Of a stretch of 64,000 nucleotides of DNA, positions 49,745 to 64,000 are shown one piece after another (the first letter of the stretch is position 1; the number at the start of each line of letters is the position of its first letter). Made by a program: the position numbers and the translations under genes. The stretch is from assembly GCA_964016885.1 (NCBI GenBank), contig OZ024760.1:30938001-31002000 (forward strand), in the 5' to 3' direction. Below the pieces are notes generated by a model. It was not told the origin of the DNA. It searched no databases and saw only the letters and a list, made by a program, of their open reading frames with translations. The stretch is from Eledone cirrhosa. Lineage: Eukaryota.

Positions 49745-49982
49745 TCATATACATATATCTATATACACACATATATATGCACACACACACATATATATAC
49801 ACACATATATATACACATATATATATACACACATATATACACACATATATATACACATATATACACACATATATATACACATATATACACATATATATAT
49901 ACACATACACACATATATATGTATACACATATATATATATATATATACACATATATATATATATACACATATATATATATAT

Positions 49983-50056
<74 letters not shown>

Positions 50057-50070
50057 CATACATATATATT
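49745..50070. repeat. (TA)n/(CA)n microsatellite
   Basis: Long TA/TACAC tract. Confidence 0.93.
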
Positions 50071-50169
50071 TAGTCTTCAAAATTATTATTACTATATATA
50101 TATAAACATACATACAATGTGACTCATACACACAATACAATATATTTCCTATCTCAGTAATCTTACTAT

Positions 50170-50375
50170 AGTAAGAACCTCCCCTTCCAATCACAGGGTC
50201 CTGGGTTCAAACCCTACATTAGTCCCTGTAAATAGTTATTTCACCAAAGTTACATAAGGTCCTGGGTTCAAATCCTACATTAGTCCCTGTAAATAATTAT
50301 TTCACCAAAGTTACACAAGGTCCAGACTTCTAACCCTATATTTGTCCCCATAAAAGTTATTTCAACAAAGTTACT
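50170..50375 (+). repeat. 61-bp tandem triplication of a degenerate tRNA/SINE head (B-box)
   Basis: GGTCCTGGGTTCAAAYCC at ~50197 and ~50258, degenerate at ~50319. Confidence 0.65.
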
Positions 50376-50649
50376 CATACATTTAATCGTGTATGTCATT
50401 TGAACATATAAGCTGAACATTTATGTAGTTATATCCTAGAAATATATTATTCAAATATTTTTATCTTTAATACTTCCCATGTATCAATAACCATCATATA
50501 CTATGGGGATTCTCTTATGTAAAATACGAATTCAAAATAAAACTTCCCCAGTTTATATAAGTTTTCTAGTAATTCTGGTGGTATATATGACACTAATCTT
50601 GGACTCCAAAAAATTAAATATATTCAACGCTAATGCCGTTATTGTTGAG

Positions 50650-50865
50650 AATTAGCAGAATCGGTAGAACGTCGGACAACATGCTTTGTGGCATAGAGTT
50701 ACGGCTCTTTACAGCCTGAGTTCAAATCCAGCCAAGGTTAACTTTGCCTTTCATCCTTACGGGCTCGATAAAATAAAGTACCCGTAATATACTAGTAAAG
50801 ATTTAATCACTTTCCCATTCCCCCAAAATTGTTGACCTTATACCTAAATCGGAAACGATTATTTA
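50650..50865 (+). mobile_element. Diverged Meta-type SINE
   Basis: TTAGCAGAATCGGTAGAACGTCGGAC...GAGTTCAAATCCAGCC...CTTTGCCTTTCATCCTTACGGG. Confidence 0.78.
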
Positions 50866-51457
50866 AGGCACTGGTCCACCATTTCTATTAAAATATAGTT
50901 ATATTGTATAATTCTATTTTGTCTTCTCGTTAATAAAGAGAGTTGGGCACTCCGGACACCCTGGGAACACTGGAGAGTGAGGTGGTGGTGGTGGTGTCAA
51001 ACAAGAATTCCATTAATATTTTGGTGGTTGACGAGGGAGACATGTTCTTCGTCAGTACAACAATCGCTGTCCTACATTCATTCTTCTAGTCCACATATTT
51101 GTTACTACTAAGCGGGTGTCACTGGATATTTTCTGTGAGCAAGGCCTTCGCCAATTTATCTGCAGTGGGGGAGGGGTAAGACGTGGACCACCGCTCAGAG
51201 CTGAGGTGTAGAGTCCCCACCCACCCCCTCTCTAGATAATTATAATACTAGAGGAAAGGATTTAAGCTGCCAAGAAAATTTTTAAATACAATATATATAT
51301 ATTTCAGAAGATCCCGTTAAGGGTGAAAGCAGCGATTCTTTGCTTAAACTTTAATCTGTTATTTTAATAAATATTTTCTCTAGGGTTCTTATATATTTGA
51401 TATATATTTATCCTTATCGAGCCCTCTTTGGATTTTAGTCTTCACATTTATTATTAT

Positions 51458-51510
<53 letters not shown>

Positions 51511-51637
51511 TGTGTGTATATATACATACATACTACTGTGCGTCTGTATACATATATGTATGTACGTGTACATACTTATATTTAAGTAACAGCCGTACTA
51601 AGAGTGGGAAATGAAATTTCGTTTCATTTTTTCCGTT

Positions 51638-51676
<39 letters not shown>

Positions 51677-53025
51677 GGGGGAGACATTTGTGTGTGTGTC
51701 TGTGTATATATATGTATATGTATATATATATTCACATAATGGGTGAATCTTCCCCGCCCCCGCCCCCCCAAATAAGTATCTGGAGGCTAACCAGAGTTAT
51801 AAAAAAGGTATTCAATATGTTAGTAAAATAAAATACAAACATCTTTATATCTTTATATTAAATATAAAAAATAGCTCATACAAGACTAGAACCGTTTCTG
51901 AAATGAAACTTTCAACAGGGATTATTATTAATGGAATATTTTCCTAATTTCCAAAGGAATGTTTTGAACTTACCGAAAGTTTAACTTGGTAATTCGGCTT
52001 CCTTTTTTCTCACAAGAATTTTATATTTTATATATATTTCTGCTTCTTTAAAGATAAGTTTCAGATTTTCGATTAAAAAAAAATTTTTTTTTAAATTTTA
52101 TAAATTATTGACGAAATACAATTATAAATATTAAAAAAAAAAAAATTTATAATAATAATAATAATCTTGTCCACAAATAAAACTGAGTTAAAAGGAAAGA
52201 ATATAAATATAGGTCTTGTATTTACGTAATTTGAACGTAAAATGACAAACGTTTGTATTTAAATTTATTTTATTATATAATAGTTTGTTTATTTATTTTA
52301 TGAATATTTTTGGGTTTTTCTTTTTAAAGCGTTGCTAACGGCAACAGCTACACACATACATACATATATACATATATACATATATACATACGTGTATGTG
52401 TGTGTATTGAGATAGATAGAAATAGAGAGAGGCAGAGATAGAGAGATAGACTATATATATGAGAGTGAGCAAGAGAGAGAGAGCGAGAGACAGATAGACA
52501 GACAGAGACAGAAAGAGAGAGAGAGAAAAAAGTGAGTGAGAGAAAGAGAGAAAAAAAAGAGAGAGAGAAAGAGAGAGAGATGCGGGGAAGAATGCAAGGG
52601 AGATAATTAATGGTTCGCAAGAGATGGAACGCTGTCTTTTAACGGTCGAAGCTGTAAGACAGAGAGACGGATAAAAAATAAACCTTTATATTTATATTTA
52701 TTTGTTTGATTGATAATCACTTGTAAAGAAGGGAGGGTGGGGTACCCCAGTCAAGGTACTGTCTGTGGGAACCAGCTGAGTGATGGTCTCCAGTCACTTC
52801 ACTCTATTTTCAAAGGAACATTAGATAACGCTATGTCCAGTATTGAAGTAGCGTCTCTTTAAACCGTTTCATTCTACTTTCAAAGAAATATTACTTCCAA
52901 ACTGTACGATCAGTTTTGAAGTAATGTTTTCTTACCCCCCCCCCCCCCCCCCCCCCATTCCTCTGTGACCCTAGAGCTCTTGCATTTCCCTTCCTTTTCC
53001 GTTATTAATTATTTCTAATGTTATT

Positions 53026-54864
<1,839 letters not shown>

Positions 54865-54918
54865 TTGTTTCGACACACGATTTCATATAAAAGACCTCGC
54901 AAAATTAATTCATCGCCG

Positions 54919-54976
<58 letters not shown>

Positions 54977-55276
54977 TTAACAGATTAAAGTTTAAGCAAA
55001 GAATCGCTACTTTCACCCTTAAAGGTATATATATATATATTATTTAATAATTTAATTTAATTTAGTGTATAATCAAGAAAAAATATAAGAAAAGATAAAG
55101 AAAATAATTGCATGTGAAAGAATACAAAAAAAAGAAATATTAAGATTTTCCGAATTGTGTGTCAGCAATAATTAACAGTGTAAGGGAAATAACTCTATTT
55201 CGTTGTTTTTAAAACTTGTTCTCCCCCAAAACAGAAGTATTGATATTCGGAATATTCCAGAAATAATCCGGTTGGA

Positions 55277-58200
55277 GGTACCACACAAGTGGGATTTATT
55301 TAGACAGCTGTCTACTACAACAGCCAGGTACCACATAGATGGGAAGTATTTTGACAGCTGTCTACTACAACAGCCAGGTACCTCACAGGTGGGAAGTATT
55401 TTGACAGCTGTCTACTACAACAGCCAGGTACCACATGGGTGGGAAGTATTTTGACAGCTTCCTACTACAACAGCCAGGTACCACATGGTTGGGAAGTATT
55501 TTAACAGCTGTCTACTACAACATCCAGGTACCACATGGGTAGGAAGTATTTTGACAGCTGTCTACTACAACAGCCAGGTACCTCACAGGTGGGAAGTATT
55601 TTGACAGCTGTCTAATACAACAGCCAGGTACCACATCCGCGGGAAGTATTTTGACAAATGTCTAATACAACAGCCAGGTACCACATGGGTGGGAAGTATT
55701 TTGACAGCTGTCTACTACAACAGAGAGGTACCTCACAGGTGGGAAGTATTTTGACAGCTGTCTACTACAACAGCCAGGTACCACATAGATGGGAAGTATT
55801 TTGACAGCTGTCTACTACAACAGCCAGGCACCACATGGTTGGGAAGTATTTTAACAGCTGTCTACTACAACATCCAGGTACCACATGGGTGGGAAGTATT
55901 ATGACAGCTGTCTACTACAACAGCCAGGTACCTCACAGGTTGGAAGTATTTTGACAGCTGTCTACTACAACAGCCAGGTACCACATGGTTGGGAAGTATT
56001 TTGACAGCTGTCTACCACAACAGCCAGGTACCACATGGGTGGTAAATATTTTGACAGCTGTCTAATACAACAGCCAGGTACAACATGGGTGGGAAGTATT
56101 TTGACAGCTGTCTACTACAACAGAGAGGTACCACACAGGTGGGAAGTATTTTGACAGATTCCTACTTCAACAGCAAGGTACCACATGGTTGGGAAGTATT
56201 TTGACAGCTGTCTACTACAACAGAGAGGTATCACATGGGTAGGAAGTATTTTGACAGCTGTCTACTACAACAGCCAGGTACCACATGGATGGGAAGTATT
56301 TTGACAGTTGTCTACTACAACAGAGAGGTACCACACAGGTGGGAAGTATTTTGACGGCTGTCTACTACAACATCCAGGTACCACATGGGTGGGAAGTATT
56401 TTGACAGCTGTCTACTACAACAGCCAGGTACCTCATAGGTTGGAAGTATTTTGACAGCTGTCTACTACAACAGCCAGGTACCACATGGGTGGTAAGTATT
56501 TTGACAGCTGTCTACAACAGCCGGGAACCACATGGGTGGGAAGTATTTTGACAGCTTCCTACTACAACAGCCAGGTACCACATGGGTGGGAAGTATTTTG
56601 ACAGCTGTCTACTACAACAGAGAGCTACCACATGGGTGGGAAGTATTTTGACAGCTTCCTAATACAACAGCCAGGTACCACATGGATGGAAAGTATTTTG
56701 ACAGCTGTCTACTGCAACAGCCAGTTACCACATGGGTGGGAAGTATTTTGACAGCTGTCTAATACAACAGCCAGGTACCACACAGGTGGGAAGTATTTTG
56801 ACAGCTGCCTACTACAACAGCCAGGTACCACATGGCTGGGAAGTATTTTTACAGCTGTCTACTACAACATCCAGGTACCACATAGGTGGGAAGTATTTTG
56901 ACAGTTGTCTACTACAACATCCAGGTACCACATGGGTGGGAAGCATTTTGAGAGCTTCCTACTACAACAGCCAGGTACCTCACAGGTGGTAAGTATTTTG
57001 ACAGCTGTCTTCTACAACAGCCAGGTACCACATGGGTGGGAAATATTTAGACAGCTGTCTAATACAACAGCCAGGTACCACATGGGTGGGAAGTATTTTG
57101 ACAGCTGTCTACTACAACAGAGAGGTACTTCACAGGTGGGAAGTATTTTAACAGTTTCCTACTACATCAGCCAGGTACCACATGGTTGGGAAGTATTTTG
57201 ACATCTGTCTACTACAACAGCCAGGTACCACATGGTTGGGAAGTATTTTGACAGCTGTCTACTACAACAACCAGGTACCACACAGGTGGGAAGTATTTTG
57301 ACAGCTGTCTACTACAACAGCCAGGTACCTCACAGGTGGGAAGTATTTTGACAGCTGTCTACTACAACAGCCAGGTACCACATGGGTGGGAAGTATTTTG
57401 ACAGCTGTCTACTACAACAGAGAGGTACCTCACAGGTGGGAAGTATTTTGACAGCTTCCTACTACAACAGCCAGGTACCACATGGTTGGGAAGTATTTTG
57501 ACAGCTGTCTACTACAACAGAGGTACCACATGGGTGGGAAGTATTTTGACAGCTGTCTACTACAACAGCCAGGTACCTCACAGGTTGGAAGTATTTTGAC
57601 AGCTGTCTACTACAACATCCAGGTACCACATAGGTGGGAAGTATTTTGACAGCTATCTACTACAACAGCCAGGTACCACATGGGTGGGAAGTATTTTGAC
57701 AGCTGTCTACTACAACAGAGAGGTACCTCACAGGTAGGAAGTATTTTGACAGCTGTCTACTAGAACAGCCAGGTACCACATGGCTGGGAAGTATTTTGAC
57801 AGCTGTCTACTACAACAGAGAGGTACCACATGGGTGGGAAGTATTTTGACAGCTTCCTAATGCAACAGCCAGGTACCACATGGCTGGAAAGTATTTTGAC
57901 AGCTGTCTACTACAACAGCCGGGTACCTCACAGGTGGGAAGTATTTTGACAGCTATCTACTACAACAGCCACGTACCACATGGGTGGGAAGTATTTTGAC
58001 AGCTGTCTACTACAACAGACAGGTTCCTCACAGGTGGGAAGTATTTTGACAGCTTCCTACTACAACAGCCAGGTACCACATGGTTGGGAGTATTTTAACA
58101 GCTGTCTACTACAACATCCAGGTACCACATGGGAGGGAAGTATTTTGACAGCTGTCTACTACAACAGCCAGGTACCTCACAGGTGGGAAGTATTTTGAAA

Positions 58201-61200
58201 GCTGTCTACTACAACAGCCAGGTACCACATGGGTGGGAAGTATTTTGATAGATGTCTAATACAACAGCCAGGTATCACATGGGTGGGAAGTATTTTGACA
58301 GCTGTCTACTACAACAGAGAGGTACCTCACAGGTGGGAAGTATTTTGACAGCTTCCTACTACAACAGCCAGGTACCACAAGGCTGGGAAGTATTTTTACA
58401 GCTGTCTACTACAACATCCAGGTACCCCATAGGTGGGAAGTATTTTGACAGCTGTCTACTACAACAGCCAGGTACCACAAAGGTGGGAATTATTTTGACA
58501 GTTGTCTACTACAACAGCCACGTACCACATAGGTGGGAAGTATTTTCACAGCTGTCTACTACAACAGCCAGGTACCTCACAGGTTGGAAGTATTTTGACA
58601 GCTGTCTACTAGAACAGCCAGGTACCACATGGCTGGGAAGTATTTTGACAGCTGTCTACTACAACAGAGAGGTACCACATGGGTGAGAAGTATTTTGACA
58701 GCTGTCTACTACAACAGCCAGGTACAACATAGGTTGGAAGTATTTTGACAGCTGTCTACTACAACATCCAGGTACCACATAGGTGGGAAGTATTTTGACA
58801 GCTATCTACTACAACAGCCAGGTACCACATGCGTGGGAAGTATTTTGACAGCTGTCTACTACAACAGAGAGGTACCTCACAGGTAGGAAGTATTTTGACA
58901 GCTGTCTACTAGAACAGCCAGGTACCACATGGCTGGGAAGTATTTTGACAGCTGTCTACTACAACAGAGAGGTACCACATGGGTGGGAAGTATTTTGACA
59001 GCTTCCTAATGCAACAGCCAGGTACCACATGGCTGGAAAGTATTTTGACAGCTGTCTACTACAACAGCCGGGTACCTCACAGGTGGGAAGTATTTTGACA
59101 GCTATCTACTACAACAGCCACGTACCACATGGGTGGGAAGTATTTTAACAGCTGTCTACTACAACATCCAGGTACCACATGGGTAGGAAGTATTTTAACA
59201 GCTGTCTACTACAACAGCCAGGCACCACATGGTTGGGAAGTATTTTAACAGCTGTCTACTACAACATCCAGGTACCACATGGGTGGGAAGTATTATGACA
59301 GCTTCCTACTACAACAGCCAGGTACCACATGGTTGGGAAGTATTTTAACAGCTGTCTACTACAACATCCAGGTACCACATGGGTAGGAAGTATTTTGACA
59401 GCTGTCTACTACAACAGCCAGGTACCTCACAGGTGGGAAGTATTTTGACAGCTGTCTAATACAACAGCCAGGTACCACATCCGTGGGAAGTATTTTGACA
59501 AATGTCTAATACAACAGCCAGGTACCACATGGGTGGGAAGTATTTTGACAGCTGTCTACTACAACAGAGAGGTACCTCACAGGTGGGAAGTATTTTGACA
59601 GCTGTCTACTACAACAGCCAGGTACCACATAGATGGGAAGTATTTTGACAGCTGTCTACTACAACAGCCAGGCACCACATGGTTGGGAAGTATTTTAACA
59701 GCTGTCTACTACAACATCCAGGTACCACATGGGTGGGAAGTATTATGACAGCTGTCTACTACAACAGCCAGGTACCTCACAGGTTGGAAGTATTTTGACA
59801 GCTGTCTACTACAACAGCCAGGTAACACATGGGTCGGAAGTATTTTGAGAGATGTCTAATACAACAGCCAGGTACCTCACAGGTGGGAAGTATTTTGATA
59901 GCTTCCTACTACAACAGCCAGGTACCACATGGTTGGGAAGTATTTTGACAGCTGTCTACCACAACAGCCAGGTACCACATGGGTGGTAAATATTTTGACA
60001 GCTGTCTAATACAACAGCCAGGTACAACATGGGTGGGAAGTATTTTGACAGCTGTCTACTAAAACAGAGAGGTACCACACAGGTGGGAAGTATTTTGACA
60101 GATTCCTACTTCAACAGCAAGGTACCACATGGTTGGGAAGTATTTTGACAGCTGTCTACTACAACAGAGAGGTATCACATGGGTAGGAAGTATTTTGACA
60201 GCTGTCTACTACAACAGCCAGGTACCACATGGATGGGAAGTATTTTGACAGTTGTCTACTACAACAGAGAGGTACCACACAGGTGGGAAGTATTTTGACG
60301 GCTGTCTACTACAACATCCAGGTACCACATGGGTGGGAAGTATTTTGACAGCTGTCTACTACAACAGCCGGGTACCTCACAGGTGGGAAGTATTTTGACA
60401 GCTATCTACTACAACAGCCACGTACCACATGGGTGGGAAGTATTTTAACAGCTGTCTACTACAACATCCAGGTACCACATGGGTAGGAAGTATTTTAACA
60501 GCTGTCTACTACAACAGCCAGGCACCACATGGTTGGGAAGTATTTTAACAGCTGTCTACTACAACATCCAGGTACCACATGGGTGGGAAGTATTATGACA
60601 GCTTCCTACTACAACAGCCAGGTACCACATGGTTGGGAAGTATTTTAACAGCTGTCTACTACAACATCCAGGTACCACATGGGTAGGAAGTATTTTGACA
60701 GCTGTCTACTACAACAGCCAGGTACCTCACAGGTGGGAAGTATTTTGACAGCTGTCTAATACAACAGCCAGGTACCACATCCGTGGGAAGTATTTTGACA
60801 AATGTCTAATACAACAGCCAGGTACCACATGGGTGGGAAGTATTTTGACAGCTGTCTACTACAACAGAGAGGTACCTCACAGGTGGGAAGTATTTTGACA
60901 GCTGTCTACTACAACAGCCAGGTACCACATAGATGGGAAGTATTTTGACAGCTGTCTACTACAACAGCCAGGCACCACATGGTTGGGAAGTATTTTAACA
61001 GCTGTCTACTACAACATCCAGGTACCACATGGGTGGGAAGTATTATGACAGCTGTCTACTACAACAGCCAGGTACCTCACAGGTTGGAAGTATTTTGACA
61101 GCTGTCTACTACAACAGCCAGGTAACACATGGGTCGGAAGTATTTTGAGAGATGTCTAATACAACAGCCAGGTACCTCACAGGTGGGAAGTATTTTGATA

Positions 61201-64000
61201 GCTTCCTACTACAACAGCCCGGTACCACATGGTTGGGAAGTATTTTGACAGCTGTCTACCACAACAGCCAGGTACCACATGGGTGGTAAATATTTTGACA
61301 GCTGTCTAATACAACAGCCAGGTACAACATGGGTGGGAAGTATTTTGACAGCTGTCTACTACAACAGAGAGGTACCACACAGGTGGGAAGTATTTTGACA
61401 GATTCCTACTTCAACAGCAAGGTACCACATGGTTGGGAAGTATTTTGACAGCTGTCTACTACAACAGAGAGGTATCACATGGGTAGGAAGTATTTTGACA
61501 GCTGTCTACTACAACAGCCAGGTACCACATGGATGGGAAGTATTTTGACAGTTGTCTACTACAACAGCCAGGTACCTCACAGGTTGGAAGTATTTTGACA
61601 GCTGTCTACTACAACAGCCAGGTACCACATGGGTGGTAAGTATTTTGACAGCTGTCTACAACAGCCGGGAACCACATGGGTGGGAAGTATTTTGACAGCT
61701 TCCTACTACAACAGCCAGGTACCACATGGGTGGGAAGTATTTTGACAGCTGTCTACTACAACAGAGAGCTACCACATGGGTGGGAAGTATTTTGACAGCT
61801 TCCTAATACAACAGCCAGGTACCACATGGACGGAAAGTATTTTGACAGCTGTCTACTGCAACAGCCAGTTACCACATGGGTGGGAAGTATTTTGACAGCT
61901 GTCTAATACAACAGCCAGGTACCACACAGGTGGGAAGTATTTTGACAGCTGCCTACTACAACAGCCAGGTACCACATGGCTGGGAAGTATTTTTACAGCT
62001 GTCTACTACAACATCCAGGTACCACATAGGTGGGAAGTATTTTGACAGTTGTCTACTACAACATCCTGGTACCACATGGGTGGGAAGCATTTTGAGAGCT
62101 TCCTACTACAACAGCCAGGTACCTCACAGGTGGTAAGTATTTTGACAGCTGTCTTCTACAACAGCCAGGTACCACATGGGTGGGAAATATTTAGACAGCT
62201 GTCTAATACAACAGCCAGGTACCACATGGGTGGGAAGTATTTTGACAGCTGTCTACTACAACAGAGAGGTACTTCACAGGTGGGAAGTATTTTAACAGTT
62301 TCCTACTACATCAGCCAGGTACCACATGGTTGGGAAGTATTTTGACATCTGTCTACTACAACAGCCAGGTACCACATGGTTGGGAAGTATTTTGACAGCT
62401 GTCTACTACAACAACCAGGTACCACACAGGTGGGAAGTATTTTGACAGCTGTCTACTACAACAGCCAGGTACCTCACAGGTGGGAAGTATTTTGACAGCT
62501 GTCTACTACAACAGCCAGGTACCACATGGGTGGGAAGTATTTTGACAGCTGTCTACTACAACAGAGAGGTACCTCACAGGTGGGAAGTATTTTGACAGCT
62601 TCCTACTACAACAGCCAGGTACCACATGGTTGGGAAGTATTTTGACAGCTGTCTACTACAACAGAGGTACCACATGGGTGGGAAGTATTTTGACAGCTGT
62701 CTACTACAACAGCCAGGTACCTCACAGGTTGGAAGTATTTTGACAGCTGTCTACTACAACATCCAGGTACCACATAGGTGGGAAGTATTTTGACAGCTAT
62801 CTACTACAACAGCCAGGTACCACATGGGTGGGAAGTATTTTGACAGCTTCCTAATGCAACAGCCAGGTACCACATGGCTGGAAAGTATTTTGACAGCTGT
62901 CTACTACAACAGCCGGGTACCTCACAGGTGGGAAGTATTTTGACAGCTATCTACTACAACAGCCACGTACCACATGGGTGGGAAGTATTTTGACAGCTGT
63001 CTACTACAACAGACAGGTTCCTCACAGTTGGGAAGTATTTTGACAGCTGTCTACTACAACAGCCAGGTACCACATGGTTGGGAGTATTTTAACAGCTGTC
63101 TACTACAACATCCAGGTACCACATGGGAGGGAAGTATTTTGACAGCTGTCTACTACAACAGCCAGGTACCTCACAGGTGGGAAGTATTTTGAAAGCTGTC
63201 TACTACAACAGCCAGGTACCACATGGGTGGGAAGTATTTTGATAGATGTCTAATACAACAGCCAGGTATCACATGGGTGGGAAGTATTTTGACAGCTGTC
63301 TACTACAACAGAGAGGTACCTCACAGGTGGGAAGTATTTTGACAGCTTCCTACTACAACAGCCAGGTACCACATAGCTGGGAAGTATTTTTACAGCTGTC
63401 TACTACAACATCCAGGTACCCCATAGGTGGGAAGTATTTTGACAGCTGTCTACTACAACAGCCAGGTACCACAAAGGTGGGAATTATTTTGACAGTTGTC
63501 TACTACAACAGCCACGTACCACATAGGTGGGAAGTATTTTCACAGCTGTCTACTACAACAGCCAGGTACCTCACAGGTTGGAAGTATTTTGACAGCTGTC
63601 TACTACAACAGCCAGGTACCACATGGATGGGAAGTATTTTGACAGCTGTCTACAACAGCCAGGAACCACATGGACGGGAAGTATTTTGACAGCTTCCTAC
63701 TACAACAGCCAGGTACCACATGGGTGGGAAGTATTTTGACAGCTGTCTACTACAACAGAGAGATACCACATTGGTGGGAAGTATTTTGACAGCTTCCTAA
63801 TACAACTGCCAGGTACCACATGGCTGGAAAGTATTTTGACAGCTGTCTACTACAACAGCCAGTTACCACATAGGTGGGATGTATTTTGACAGATGTCTAA
63901 TACAACAGCCAGGTAACATATGGATGGGAAGTATTTTGACAGCTGTCTACTACAACAGCCAGGTACCACATGGCTGGGAAGTATTTTGACAGCTGTCTAC
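55277..64000. repeat. 50-bp satellite (~175 units, runs off window) with higher-order structure
   Basis: GGTACCACATGGGTGGGAAGTATTTTGACAGCTGTCTACTACAACAGCCA. 1300-bp direct duplication (59481/60781; 59831/61131) and ~5.0-5.1-kb duplication (56732/61876; 57980/62974). Confidence 0.98.

Noticed and set aside
50170-50375. Functional tRNA genes (also the SINE heads elsewhere)
   Set aside because: Only A/B-box remnants are present and no complete cloverleaf can be folded.
50935-51240. Possible exon in GC-richer unique DNA
   Set aside because: The frames I read on both strands close within ~50 codons, and I could not pair splice sites consistently with the gene model.
55277-64000. CRISPR-like repeat/spacer appearance
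   Set aside because: The variable part is short, drawn from a few recurring alleles and not unique. There are no cas genes and the context is eukaryotic.

Overview
Eukaryotic, extremely repeat-rich DNA. The SINE types, (TA)n/(GATA)n load and Tx1-like LINEs suggest a cephalopod, probably Octopus (inference). Nearly all long ORFs in the track are artefacts of tandem repeats. About half of the window is satellite: (GTAAT)n at 1-17.85 kb, a GAGA/TCTAGA array at 18.1-20.15 kb, a 72-bp array at 33.7-39.9 kb, a 65-bp array at 41.9-44.0 kb and a 50-bp array from 55.3 kb to the end. Between them I can rebuild by hand a small minus-strand spliced gene, with exons at 40134-40020, 31995-31912, 30937-30659 and 27361-27198. 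All junctions are phase 1 and the product is 187 aa. The last acceptor reads TG rather than AG. A fifth, paralogous exon at 20385-20185 splices out into the giant satellite block. Mobile DNA includes a stack of L1/Tx1-clade LINE 3' ends inserted with TSDs in (GATA)n DNA. A TTAA-flanked piggyBac-type MITE occurs both as ~200-bp monomers and as a 6.3-kb copy whose interior became a satellite and holds a 3'-truncated Tx1 LINE. There are also tRNA-derived Meta- and CORE-type SINEs, Helitron-like ends and several long near-perfect inverted repeats.
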